A DNA stretch of 28,796 nucleotides from a virus (lineage: Duplodnaviria; Caudoviricetes), in the IMG/VR virus record IMGVR_UViG_3300017589_000077, positions 1 to 28,796 of that record; one strand, 5' to 3'. Under the pieces are notes generated by a model, which saw nothing but the letters and a program-made list of their open reading frames with translations, was not told the DNA's origin and ran no database searches. The position numbers and the translations under genes are program-made. This document shows, one piece after another, positions 1 through 8,549 of this stretch (within the stretch, counting starts at the first letter, position 1; each line of letters starts with the position of its first letter).

Positions 1-417
1 TATAGTACAACAATAGACGCTTTCAAAACTGTATCTGAAATTGAATATATTTTAATGAAACACAAAGCGAAATCAATTATGAAAAAATATGAAGATGGCA
101 CCATATGCGGATTATCATTTTTAATTGATACAGGATTACGGCAAATACCAATCAGACTTCCAGTAAAAATAGATGAATGTCTGAAAGTGCTGCAAAAAGA
201 AAAGAAGAATAGTCCACGTAGCAACATAAAGGCTACCAGAGATCAAGCAGAGCGTGTAGCATGGAGAATTTTGAAAGACTGGGTTGAAGCGCAAATGGCA
301 CTGCTAGATATTGAAATGGTGTCAATGCAAGAGATTTTTCTTCCATACATCGAATTACAGAACGGTCAAACGATTTATCAAAACCTTGAAGAAAAACGAT
401 TCTTGTTGGAAGCGTAA
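1..417 (+). CDS. Phage hypothetical protein, 5'-truncated by the window edge
   Basis: Frame is open from base 1 (YSTTIDAFKTVSEIEYILMKHKA...), so the true start is probably upstream of the ATG at 55. Confidence 0.75.
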   Translation, partial: YSTTIDAFKTVSEIEYILMKHKAKSIMKKYEDGTICGLSFLIDTGLRQIPIRLPVKIDECLKVLQKEKKNSPRSNIKATRDQAERVAWRILKDWVEAQMALLDIEMVSMQEIFLPYIELQNGQTIYQNLEEKRFLLEA

Positions 418-442
418 ATTAAAGTAATTGGAGGTGTTTAGT

Positions 443-1420
443 ATGAAGGATATAAAAATTCTAGAATTATTTGGTGGAATCGGATCTCCAAGAAGGTCAT
501 TAGAAAATATTGGAATTGAATTGAAGAGTTTAGATTATGTTGAAATTTTACCATTTGCAGTATTAGCATACAACGCGATTTTCGACAATGGGTATAAACC
601 ACAGGATATAAGATTATGGAATATGAAACCTGATATTTTAATACATGGAAGTCCTTGTCAGGATTTTAGCAAGAATGGACTCAACAATATTAATACAGGA
701 CGTTCTATCCTTTATGAAAAAACACTTTCTATTATTGGTGAAGAATTAGTTGCAAAACCTAAGATTGTATTGTGGGAGAATGTACCTAATCTTGCTTCTA
801 AAAGGCATAAAGAACACCTGAATCACTATTTAAATGCAATGGAAGAATATGGATATCATAATTATTATCAGATTTTGAAAGCAAGTGATTATGGTATCCC
901 ACAAGAAAGAGATCGAATATATACATTAAGTTTACTTGATGATTGTGATTTTAAGTTTCCAGAGCCAATAGATTTAAAACATGACATTAGACATTATTTA
1001 GATATGGACACAGACTTCAATGAATGGAAACCATCTGATAATGAACTTTCGATTTTCTTTAAAGAAGATGAAAAATTGTTTGTAAAAGAAGCAACAAAAC
1101 TTGGATGTAAAGAAGTTGAAGAATTTGACGTAGTTAATGTTGAATTTCCAAATTCATTAACAAGAAGAGGAAGAGTTGGTAAAAGAGCAGCGAAAACGCT
1201 TACAACTCATCCAAGACAGGTTATTTATTATAACGGACAGTTACGATTATTAACTGCAAAAGAGCATTTACGACTTATGGGATTTAAAGATAAAGATTAT
1301 AACAAAATGCGTAAATTTGGAATTACTGATACTCAGATATCTGCTTTGGCAGGAAATAGTATTTGTATTCCTGTATTAGAAGCTATATTTAAAGAACTTC
1401 AAAAATATGGATTGTTATGA
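443..1420 (+). CDS. C5 cytosine DNA methyltransferase (orphan)
   Basis: Motifs [46 protein letters not shown]; GGAGGTG RBS before ATG 443. Confidence 0.95.
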   Translation: MKDIKILELFGGIGSPRRSLENIGIELKSLDYVEILPFAVLAYNAIFDNGYKPQDIRLWNMKPDILIHGSPCQDFSKNGLNNINTGRSILYEKTLSIIGEELVAKPKIVLWENVPNLASKRHKEHLNHYLNAMEEYGYHNYYQILKASDYGIPQERDRIYTLSLLDDCDFKFPEPIDLKHDIRHYLDMDTDFNEWKPSDNELSIFFKEDEKLFVKEATKLGCKEVEEFDVVNVEFPNSLTRRGRVGKRAAKTLTTHPRQVIYYNGQLRLLTAKEHLRLMGFKDKDYNKMRKFGITDTQISALAGNSICIPVLEAIFKELQKYGLL

Positions 1421-1550
1421 AAATATTGCTGATTGTTATATTGACAGACTTAAAATGTCATATAGTCCAGAAGGATTTGTTGATTATATAGAAGGTTTAA
1501 ACTGGGAAAGGGAAAAGTATGAATCAGAATGTAAAAGTATATCAAGTTAA
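1407..1550 (+). CDS. Possible 47-aa small protein ([24 protein letters not shown]...)
   Basis: Translated by hand; fills the gap between the MTase and the next gene and overlaps both ends; no clear RBS. Confidence 0.3.
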   Translation: MDCYENIADCYIDRLKMSYSPEGFVDYIEGLNWEREKYESECKSISS

Positions 1551-1890
1551 TGATATGGAGTGGTGGGCAACAGACACAATAGAAAATTTACTAGTTGCAT
1601 ATGAAGAAGAATGTGGTGAAGAAATTATTCTGGATGATTTAGAAGAATGTGATATTGATTCAGAAGGAATGTATTACAGTTTTGAAAACAACTCAGAAGC
1701 GGACATAATGATAAAAATTATTATGAAGTATCTAGGAAAAGATAAAAATCATATAGAACTTGAATTAGATGATAAGAAGTATCAATTCTGCCAAGGGGAT
1801 GGGAACTCAATACATGTAAGCTTTAGAAGAGCGATTGAACTTGACGGTGAATACATAAAACCATATTTAATTGCGGGCAGTGAATATTAA
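1519..1890 (+). CDS. Acidic phage hypothetical protein
   Basis: 123-aa ORF with a purine-rich RBS (GAAAGGGA). Confidence 0.75.
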   Translation: MNQNVKVYQVNDMEWWATDTIENLLVAYEEECGEEIILDDLEECDIDSEGMYYSFENNSEADIMIKIIMKYLGKDKNHIELELDDKKYQFCQGDGNSIHVSFRRAIELDGEYIKPYLIAGSEY

Positions 1891-2013
1891 AAAAATGGAA
1901 GTGATCTGGTGGGGCGCAATCAGTTAGAGGGTGATCACGTAGTACGACTGTTTGAGGTTGGCAGTAATTGGATAAAACATAAACTTTGCTTGAGAGAAAT
2001 GGGGATAGAAGAA

Positions 2014-2403
2014 ATGAACATAATGAAAAAATTCAAAAAGAAAGAAGTTAGAAGTGTTGTGAACTCATATTTTGCAAAGTTACACGATGAATGGAATGAA
2101 AATTCTAACATTATTATTAAACTAAGAAGCGGCATTTTTCATAATCAGGTATATGACGTTGCTATAATTTCAAAACTTATTAAAAATGCAAGAAATGCTG
2201 AGTCTGAAAACCAAGTGATTATTCAGTCAGCCATAGCGGTGGGATATGTAAATGCAATGCAGGAGCATGAATATATTTCAGAAGAAGAGATGGTGAGAAT
2301 TATTAACATGATTGCACGTGTTGGTGAAAAGAGACTGGAAGAGTTGCAATCAGTAACAAAAGCAAGATCATTCGACTGGATCAGAAGGAAGGTGACGTCT
2401 TGA
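2014..2403 (+). CDS. Phage hypothetical protein (start uncertain: 1909, 1999, 2014 or 2023)
   Basis: ORF coupled to the next gene by a TTGA overlap; GGGG RBS-like element before ATG 2014. Confidence 0.65.
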   Translation: MNIMKKFKKKEVRSVVNSYFAKLHDEWNENSNIIIKLRSGIFHNQVYDVAIISKLIKNARNAESENQVIIQSAIAVGYVNAMQEHEYISEEEMVRIINMIARVGEKRLEELQSVTKARSFDWIRRKVTS

Positions 2404-2903
2404 ATCATAAAAAAAAGATATATGCAGTAGATTTTGATGACACACTTGCTATAACAAATTTTCCTTTAATAGTAGAGCCGAAAATAAACATGATCAATGT
2501 CTGCAAAAGACTTCGCCAGAAAGGAAACACAGTTATTTTATGGACATGCCGATGTGGAGCAGATCTGGCGGCAGCAGTTGAATATTGCATGCAGTTTGGT
2601 CTTGAATTTGATTATGTCAATGAAGGGACACCAGAGAATGTGGAGAAATTTGGTAATGACAGCAGAAAGATATTTGCTGACGTTTATATAGATGATAAGT
2701 CATACAACCCAGAAGAAAAGTTAACTGAGGATGCATTATATATTCGCATGTGGCAGAACTATGAAAATTCAGTTTTAGATATGGGAATACAAATTGCAAG
2801 TTTAATGCGTCCGGTACTGGAAGCAGTTATGGGTTGTGCAAACAAATTAATGGATTTTGAAGCTGTAATCGGAAAGAAGGAAGGAGAAGAAGATGGCCAG
2901 TGA
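2400..2903 (+). CDS. HAD-superfamily hydrolase/phosphatase-like protein
   Basis: Motif I AVDFDDTL, motif II ILWTCR, C-terminal K...ADVYIDDK. Confidence 0.85.
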   Translation: MNHKKKIYAVDFDDTLAITNFPLIVEPKINMINVCKRLRQKGNTVILWTCRCGADLAAAVEYCMQFGLEFDYVNEGTPENVEKFGNDSRKIFADVYIDDKSYNPEEKLTEDALYIRMWQNYENSVLDMGIQIASLMRPVLEAVMGCANKLMDFEAVIGKKEGEEDGQ

Positions 2904-3288
2904 AAAACAACAGACAGGGGCATGCAGATTTTGTGGTCAGAACCAGATTATAACATGTGAAGATAATTTGACAGAACCGCAACTGGAAGAAGAAGCAACA
3001 AGGCAGTGTGAGTGTGACGACGCACAAGCATATCAGGCAGCAGTAAACAGAAGGCAGATTGCCAAGCAACGCGTATCGGAATTATTTGGAGAAGGTGCCG
3101 GAGAGTATAAACAGCCGGAAGCAGTAACGCAACAGATTCTACAAGCAGTAGATTTAATATGTGACAAGGTTGCAAAGGAAATAACGGTCAAGATCAGGAC
3201 AGGGCTAAAAGCAAGAGTTATGCAGATGGCAAAAGACAAGATAAAAGTAGTAAGAGAAGCAAGTAACACAGATGCATTTGAATCATAA
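2893..3288 (+). CDS. Hypothetical protein with putative Zn-binding cysteines
   Basis: CRFC and CEC motifs; AAGGAG RBS. Confidence 0.75.
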   Translation: MASEKQQTGACRFCGQNQIITCEDNLTEPQLEEEATRQCECDDAQAYQAAVNRRQIAKQRVSELFGEGAGEYKQPEAVTQQILQAVDLICDKVAKEITVKIRTGLKARVMQMAKDKIKVVREASNTDAFES

Positions 3289-3334
3289 ACGATGATTCAT
3301 ACACCAGACAAACATACACCCGAATATAAACAAT

Positions 3335-3372
3335 AAAAAACCACTTCGGAAGTCGCATTCCGTTGTGGTTTT
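3335..3372 (-). terminator. Intrinsic terminator on the - strand, possibly bidirectional
   Basis: - strand reads AAAACCAC-AA-CGGAA-tgcgac-TTCCG-AA-GTGG-TTTTTT. Confidence 0.7.
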
Positions 3373-3398
3373 ACCGTAAAAACTATGTAATTAAGACT
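3335..3398 (-). ncRNA. Putative counter-transcribed antisense RNA (~65 nt) in the rep leader
   Basis: Bounded by a near-consensus - strand promoter and a - strand terminator; too short for a credible ORF. Confidence 0.55.
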
Positions 3399-3404
3399 AT
3401 TAAT

Positions 3405-3433
3405 ATTATATAGCAAATACGGCAAAAAGTCAA
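3405..3433 (-). promoter_or_regulatory. Sigma70/SigA-type promoter on the - strand
   Basis: TTGACT (3433-3428), 17-bp spacer, TATAAT (3410-3405). Confidence 0.75.
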
Positions 3434-3439
3434 GAAAAT

Positions 3440-3480
3440 AGGGGTTTTCAAGCCCCTGAATAACTTGATAAGTTTATTAT
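3440..3480 (+). other. Candidate rolling-circle double-strand origin (nick site)
   Basis: Hairpin AGGGGT-tttcaa-GCCCCT (3440-3457), then AACTTG^ATA within the mini-palindrome AACTT-GAT-AAGTT (3462-3474), about 35 bp upstream of the HUH rep. Confidence 0.5.
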
Positions 3481-3503
3481 CTTAACGACAAGGGTGACTA
3501 TAT

Positions 3504-4232
3504 ATGCCGTATATAAAAGAAACATGTAAGGCTGGAAAAACGAAAGAATACTGTTTTTATTATTCAAGAAGATTTCATGGTAAGAAGGAAGGTAAAAGAG
3601 AGAAAAAAGAGAATCCCACCAGCGAAGCACAAAAGAGAGTCAATATTAGACAGGCTGAACGAAAACTGACAAGAAAGATAAACGCTAATTTTACACCAGA
3701 TGATTATTATATAACACTGTTATACGATAAAGATGAAAGACCACAGGGCAAGGAAGAATTACAAAAGCACGTATCGGGATTTCTTCGTGATCTAAGAAAA
3801 GCATACAAACAGTGTGGAAAGGAATTGAAATATATTTGGGTTGCAGAGATTGGAGAGCGCGGAGCAGTTCACGTCCACATGGTAATTAACTGTATTGATA
3901 TACAGAGAATAAAAAAATTGTGGAAGTATGGACATATGCATATTGAACCAATGTATGAGGATGGAAACTATAGGAAGCTGGCTGCATATTTTATTAAATA
4001 CAGTGAAAAGACTTTAAATACAACAGGAGAGTTACAGGGTAAGCGATGGAACGCTTCAAAGAACCTTATTACACCGCCAGAAAGAAAAAGAATCATTAGA
4101 TCACGGGATCATTACAGCTGTGACATCAAAGTACCAGAAGGTTGGTATCTTGATAAAGATTCTATCCGTGAAGGGATTCACGAAATAACAGGGTATTCGT
4201 ATTTCAATTACACATTAGTAAAACTTGAATGA
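3504..4232 (+). CDS. HUH-family rolling-circle replication initiator-like protein
   Basis: RCR motif I YITLLY, motif II GAVHVHMVI (HUH), motif III LAAYFIKY (YxxK); basic protein; AAGGGTG RBS. Confidence 0.82.
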   Translation: MPYIKETCKAGKTKEYCFYYSRRFHGKKEGKREKKENPTSEAQKRVNIRQAERKLTRKINANFTPDDYYITLLYDKDERPQGKEELQKHVSGFLRDLRKAYKQCGKELKYIWVAEIGERGAVHVHMVINCIDIQRIKKLWKYGHMHIEPMYEDGNYRKLAAYFIKYSEKTLNTTGELQGKRWNASKNLITPPERKRIIRSRDHYSCDIKVPEGWYLDKDSIREGIHEITGYSYFNYTLVKLE

Positions 4233-4286
4233 AAAGAGGTATTAAATGCTAATGAATTCTTTGAAAGATTACATGAAAGAGAAAGT

Positions 4287-4544
4287 ATGAAAATTAAAGC
4301 ACAATTTTATGAAGAGTATGAAAGGAAAACAAGACCCAAAATTCCAAAATGTTTATTTAATACAGAGATTGAAAGATTAGTGGGAATTGTATCACCAAGT
4401 AGGCTTACATTTGAACTGATCAAAGGGAATGAAGACGTATTTAAGTTTTTAAAAGAACAGAGAAAATATGAGAACTATATGAGATCAACAAATAGACAGC
4501 AATGGAAATCATTCTATAGATCCGTAAGAATCGAGCGTATTTAA
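4287..4544 (+). CDS. Small basic hypothetical protein
   Basis: 85-aa ORF with a purine-rich upstream region. Confidence 0.6.
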   Translation: MKIKAQFYEEYERKTRPKIPKCLFNTEIERLVGIVSPSRLTFELIKGNEDVFKFLKEQRKYENYMRSTNRQQWKSFYRSVRIERI

Positions 4545-4591
4545 GTAATTATAAACATTTCATATGGCAAAAATAGAAATAAAGGAGAACT

Positions 4592-4978
4592 ATGCGTAAT
4601 TTAAAAGCAGGAGAAGATACAGAGCAGATTGGTGTCATTGAATGGGCAAACTGGAACAGAAGTAGATATCCAGAACTAGAACTTCTCTTTCATGTACCGA
4701 ATGGGGGAAAGCGATCAGCGATAGAAGCAGCACGATTTAAAGCTATGGGAGTAAAAGCGGGCGTACCGGATTTGATTTTACCAGTACCACGCGGGGGATA
4801 TGCTGGATTATTTATTGAAATGAAATACGGCAAGAATAAAACAACAACATTACAGGACTGGTGGCTGTCACAAATGATAAGACAAGGCTATAGAGCAACA
4901 GTATGTCACAGTGGGGTTGAAGCAACCGCAGTACTGGAAGAATATCTTAAAAAGCCAAAAACAACATGCCTGATATAA
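4592..4978 (+). CDS. VRR-NUC domain nuclease (PD-(D/E)xK fold)
   Basis: FHVPNGGKR...GVKAGVPDL...FIEMK...Q signature; AAAGGAG RBS. Confidence 0.9.
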   Translation: MRNLKAGEDTEQIGVIEWANWNRSRYPELELLFHVPNGGKRSAIEAARFKAMGVKAGVPDLILPVPRGGYAGLFIEMKYGKNKTTTLQDWWLSQMIRQGYRATVCHSGVEATAVLEEYLKKPKTTCLI

Positions 4979-5049
4979 GAGAAGTTGGAACGGACAAATC
5001 GTGAGATACATATAACCGTAATAAAATTATGTGAAGGGAAGGAAAGTGG

Positions 5050-5802
5050 ATGAAAGTAATATCAGTGATCAATTTAAAAGGTGGAGTTGCCAAAAGTACA
5101 ACTGCAATCAATGTTTCAGCAATACTAAACAGGGAGTATGGGAAAAGGATTCTTCTGATCGACAACGATAAGCAGGGTAATACAAGTAGATTTATGAATC
5201 ACTTTAATGCACAAGTCCAATGTGGCAGCAGTCGTATGTTAAACAGGGAACAACCAGTGATTTTTAAAATATGTGATGGATTCGACTTGATTGCTGCAAA
5301 TATGACTTTAGAATCAGCAGAATATAAAGTACTGGAAAGTAAAGATATCCAGTACAACAGGTACAGCGATGCATTGAAGCGTTATGAATCAGATTATGAT
5401 TATGTGATTATAGACAATGCACCAGCAGTAAGCATGTGCGTAATCAATGCACTTTATGCATCGAATGAAGTGATTATTCCTGTGAAGATAGATAACTGGG
5501 CTTTAGATGGTGTTGACGTTGTAGCAGAGCAGATCGAATCAATGAAGAAGCTAAACAGCACATTAACGATCAGGGGAATTTTAATTACAAATTTTGTAAA
5601 AAGTACTGTTAATCTGGCGGCAGAAGAATGGCTGAAAAATAATTGCAAACATAAAGTATTTGCAACAAAGATCAGAAACAGTAAGAAAGTGGATGAATCA
5701 ACGTTCTATAAACAGCCATTGATAGAGTTCAGCAAGACGTCAGCTGCATGTATAGACTATAAAAAGTTTGTGAAAGAATATTTAGAACTTGAAAAACGAT
5801 GA
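5050..5802 (+). CDS. parA: ParA/Soj family ATPase
   Basis: Deviant Walker A KGGVAKST, LLIDNDKQGN, YVIIDNAP, VIIPV. Confidence 0.92.
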   Translation: MKVISVINLKGGVAKSTTAINVSAILNREYGKRILLIDNDKQGNTSRFMNHFNAQVQCGSSRMLNREQPVIFKICDGFDLIAANMTLESAEYKVLESKDIQYNRYSDALKRYESDYDYVIIDNAPAVSMCVINALYASNEVIIPVKIDNWALDGVDVVAEQIESMKKLNSTLTIRGILITNFVKSTVNLAAEEWLKNNCKHKVFATKIRNSKKVDESTFYKQPLIEFSKTSAACIDYKKFVKEYLELEKR

Positions 5803-5836
5803 TTCAGGAAAGAAGACTGGAAAGGCAGGTATTACA

Positions 5837-6808
5837 ATGTCGGGATTTAATATACTTGATATTTTGAATGAGAAAAAGACAGCAGAAGCTATGACAGAAG
5901 GTTTTGAAGATATCAGCATGGACTACAAAGATATCATTGTAACGAAGCATAATAAGTACAGCATGAATGAAATCGAAGATCTTGCAACAGGCATTCACAT
6001 GGCAGGTGGACTGCAAGAACCTCTTGTACTTGGACGGGTAAATGGAGAATACTGGCTTGTATCTGGTCACAGAAGGATTGCGGCAATAGATATTCTTGTA
6101 AGAGAAGGAGAAGAAGCCTTTGCACAGGTTGCATGCAGATACAAAGATATGACAGAAACAGAATTTCGCATGCAGTTGTTAATCGGCAACACTTTTAACC
6201 GGAAAGATACTGACTATGACCGAATGATGGAAGCGCAGGAATGGAAAGCAATACTTGAACAGATGAAAGCGGATGGATCATTCAAGCCAGAAAAGGGCAG
6301 CAGGACAAGAGACTATGTTGCAAAAATCATGGGTGTTTCTTCTGGAACTATCGGTGATCTTGATAGAATCAGCAATAACGCAACAGATGAAGTCAAAGAA
6401 CAGCTAATGGAAGGAAATCTATCTTTGTCGGCAGCAGCAGAGACTAGCAGGCTTCCAGAAGAAGAACAAAATATAATTGCACAGGCAGCAGCAGCAGGGG
6501 AAGACATAAAGTGTACAGAGATTCAGGCGATGGCAGATGCAAAAAAGAATGAACAAGATATTCAGATTGATCAGACAGAAGAAGATCATAGCAAAGCTAC
6601 ACTTGAACAGTTAAAAAATCATGTGTCAGATACCGACACAACTGAGGAAGAAAAAGAAAATGCAAGACGTCTGCATGCGCTGAAAATGCTTGAAAGGTAT
6701 TATATATATTTAAGCGATGAAGAAGTTAGAATTCTTGAAGCCATGCTGGAAGACTGTAAAAGAAGAAAACGTGAATATGGTTTAGAAGATTGTGGGGAAA
6801 CGATATGA
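5837..6808 (+). CDS. parB: ParB/Spo0J-like partition protein
   Basis: GLQEPLVL...LVSGHRR CTP-binding box, HTH-like RDYVAKIMGVSSGTI, directly after parA; likely start ATG 5837. Confidence 0.88.
   Translation: MSGFNILDILNEKKTAEAMTEGFEDISMDYKDIIVTKHNKYSMNEIEDLATGIHMAGGLQEPLVLGRVNGEYWLVSGHRRIAAIDILVREGEEAFAQVACRYKDMTETEFRMQLLIGNTFNRKDTDYDRMMEAQEWKAILEQMKADGSFKPEKGSRTRDYVAKIMGVSSGTIGDLDRISNNATDEVKEQLMEGNLSLSAAAETSRLPEEEQNIIAQAAAAGEDIKCTEIQAMADAKKNEQDIQIDQTEEDHSKATLEQLKNHVSDTDTTEEEKENARRLHALKMLERYYIYLSDEEVRILEAMLEDCKRRKREYGLEDCGETI
6622..6640. repeat. Imperfect 19-bp palindrome TGTGTCAGA-T-ACCGACACA (candidate parS) inside parB
   Basis: 17/19 identical to the perfect palindrome at 12927-12945. 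Confidence 0.55.
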
Positions 6809-7080
6809 AAATAATCATTACGATTGAGCATGAAGGTACAGAATTAACACCAGCGATTCAGCTTGAAGGAAGTACCTGTGAAACAAGCTGTAATTGTGAG
6901 GAAAGTACAGCCAGAGAAAAAGAATCAAAGCCGGAAGTGGTTATGAGCAGAGATCATCAGGCAAGATATGATATAGCTTCGGATCTTGCAAATGTTTGTG
7001 AATATCTGGAAGAAGCAGAAATTATGAAATTAAAGTTGATAATACAGAAATGTGAAGGGAGAAGGAAGCAGGAACGATGA
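6805..7080 (+). CDS. Hypothetical protein
   Basis: ATGA overlaps with both parB and the next gene. Confidence 0.65.
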   Translation: MKIIITIEHEGTELTPAIQLEGSTCETSCNCEESTAREKESKPEVVMSRDHQARYDIASDLANVCEYLEEAEIMKLKLIIQKCEGRRKQER

Positions 7081-7304
7081 TAATAATAATTGCAGTAATA
7101 ATATTTGGGTATATTGAAGCCGCAATAATAACCGGAGTTTATATGTATTTAGTGACATGGGATAAGTCACCCGAGCCACTTAATAAGGACAATGAAACGA
7201 ATTCGAAACAAATTACAAGATTAAGCGTGGCAGCAGGAATATTGTTTCCTGTAACACTTGCAATATTATTAGCGTATGCGCTTGCAGAAAGGAGAAAGAG
7301 ATAA
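7077..7304 (+). CDS. Small membrane protein (two predicted TM segments)
   Basis: Two hydrophobic stretches; ATGA coupling. Confidence 0.65.
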   Translation: MIIIIAVIIFGYIEAAIITGVYMYLVTWDKSPEPLNKDNETNSKQITRLSVAAGILFPVTLAILLAYALAERRKR

Positions 7305-7396
7305 TGGCAATCAATTTAACAGCTGTAATTATTACAGCAATCATTTGTACTTCAATCTGCTTTATGGCATGGATTGGAAACAGTAAAAAGAAATAG
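7304..7396 (+). CDS. 30-aa single-TM peptide MAINLTAVIITAIICTSICFMAWIGNSKKK
   Basis: TAATG overlap and GAAAGGAG RBS; below the ORF-track length cutoff. Confidence 0.6.
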   Translation: MAINLTAVIITAIICTSICFMAWIGNSKKK

Positions 7397-7411
7397 CAGG
7401 AAGGAACAGCA

Positions 7412-7837
7412 ATGAATAAAGTTATTATCATGGGACGCTTAACTAAAGATCCTGGTGTAAAGTGGTTAGAAGGTAACAGTTCACAAGACCAGACATGCAT
7501 TGCCAAATATACATTAGCGGTAGATAGAAGATTCGGGGATAATGGAGCAGATTATATTGATTGCGTCGCGTTTGGTAAAGCTGGGACATTTGCTGAAAAG
7601 TACTTGAAAAAGGGAACGAAGATTGTAGTCACAGGAAGAATTCAGACGGGAAGCTATACAAATAAAAATGGCATAAAAATATATACGATGGACGTCGTTG
7701 TTGAAGATCAAGAATTCGCTGAAAATAAATCACAAAATCAGGGAAGAGAATCAGACGGTCAGAATAGTTCAAGTGACATGTCGGAAGGCTTCATGAATAT
7801 TCCAGATGGAATTGACGAAGAATTGCCATTCACTTAA
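7412..7837 (+). CDS. ssb: Single-stranded DNA-binding protein
   Basis: MNKVIIMGRLTKDP N-terminus, YLKKGTKIVVTGRIQT, acidic DEELPF tail. Confidence 0.96.
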   Translation: MNKVIIMGRLTKDPGVKWLEGNSSQDQTCIAKYTLAVDRRFGDNGADYIDCVAFGKAGTFAEKYLKKGTKIVVTGRIQTGSYTNKNGIKIYTMDVVVEDQEFAENKSQNQGRESDGQNSSSDMSEGFMNIPDGIDEELPFT

Positions 7838-7849
7838 GGGGGAAGCATC

Positions 7850-8359
7850 GTGGAAGCAGTCGAAGAAAAAAGAATGATTACTCTTTCAGAAGATGATATT
7901 AAATATTTAGTGAAAGCAGGAATTAAAGAATTTAAACGGGAAGAAGAGAAGAACAAACAAAAAGATAAGTATCATGATACGTTCCAGCTTATGAAAATAT
8001 ATAGGGACGTTGCAGTACATATCAACGAAGGAATAAGCGGAGCAGATCAGCTGCACATTGAAGGAATGTCAGATAAGCAAAGAGAAATATATATTAAGTC
8101 AATCAGAGATAGCAAAATCAGATCTATGATCATGGGAGATCACATTGACAGAATGCTGCAAGAAGTAAAAGCCAGAAGGATATTAGCAGGGCGCGCGATT
8201 GAGTATGAAGCATTCGAAATGTATTTTCTTGAAGGCAAGACATATGAGCAGATTGCAGAAGAACTAGAATGCGGGAATAGTTCACCAAGACGCTGGACGT
8301 CTGGAATACTTAGGGAACTTGCACCATTACTTTGGGGATATGATGTGCTTCTGACATGA
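7850..8359 (+). CDS. Sigma70 region-4-like HTH late-gene regulator (RinA/ArpU position)
   Basis: C-terminal YFLEGKTYEQIAEELECG...RRW HTH; last gene before the packaging module. Confidence 0.7.
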   Translation: MEAVEEKRMITLSEDDIKYLVKAGIKEFKREEEKNKQKDKYHDTFQLMKIYRDVAVHINEGISGADQLHIEGMSDKQREIYIKSIRDSKIRSMIMGDHIDRMLQEVKARRILAGRAIEYEAFEMYFLEGKTYEQIAEELECGNSSPRRWTSGILRELAPLLWGYDVLLT

Positions 8360-8403
8360 AAATAAAATGAAAAAAACGTGATATTTTGTAGGATGAATTC
8401 AAA

Positions 8404-8412
8404 TGGTATTAT
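8404..8412 (+). promoter_or_regulatory. Putative late promoter, extended -10 TGGTATTAT
   Basis: TGn-TATTAT with no good -35, located between the regulator and HNH. Confidence 0.4.
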
Positions 8413-8434
8413 GTTAGTGTAGCAAAGTATAAAG

Positions 8435-8469
8435 AAGCGGCGAGGGTTAAACCTTGTCGCTTTTGCTTT
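8435..8469 (+). terminator. Intrinsic terminator-like hairpin
   Basis: AAGCGGCGAGG-gttaaa-CCTTGTCGCTT followed by TTGCTTT. Confidence 0.6.
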
Positions 8470-8549
8470 GCACATAACTTTCCTTCTGTCAGTATCGTTG
8501 AAGCTGATCACAACAACGGTACTGACAAAAACAAAGCGGGTGTAACGAA

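Noticed and set aside
1519-2403. Two ORFs in the same frame separated by one TAA (readthrough or recoding?)
   Set aside because: TAA, TAG and TGA all terminate conserved genes normally in this window, and sharing a frame has a 1-in-3 chance
3504-4232. HUH protein as an IS91/IS200-type transposase or conjugative relaxase
   Set aside because: The motif order (I, HUH, then YxxK) is Rep-like rather than relaxase-like, no IS ends or transfer genes are visible, and it occupies the phage replication slot
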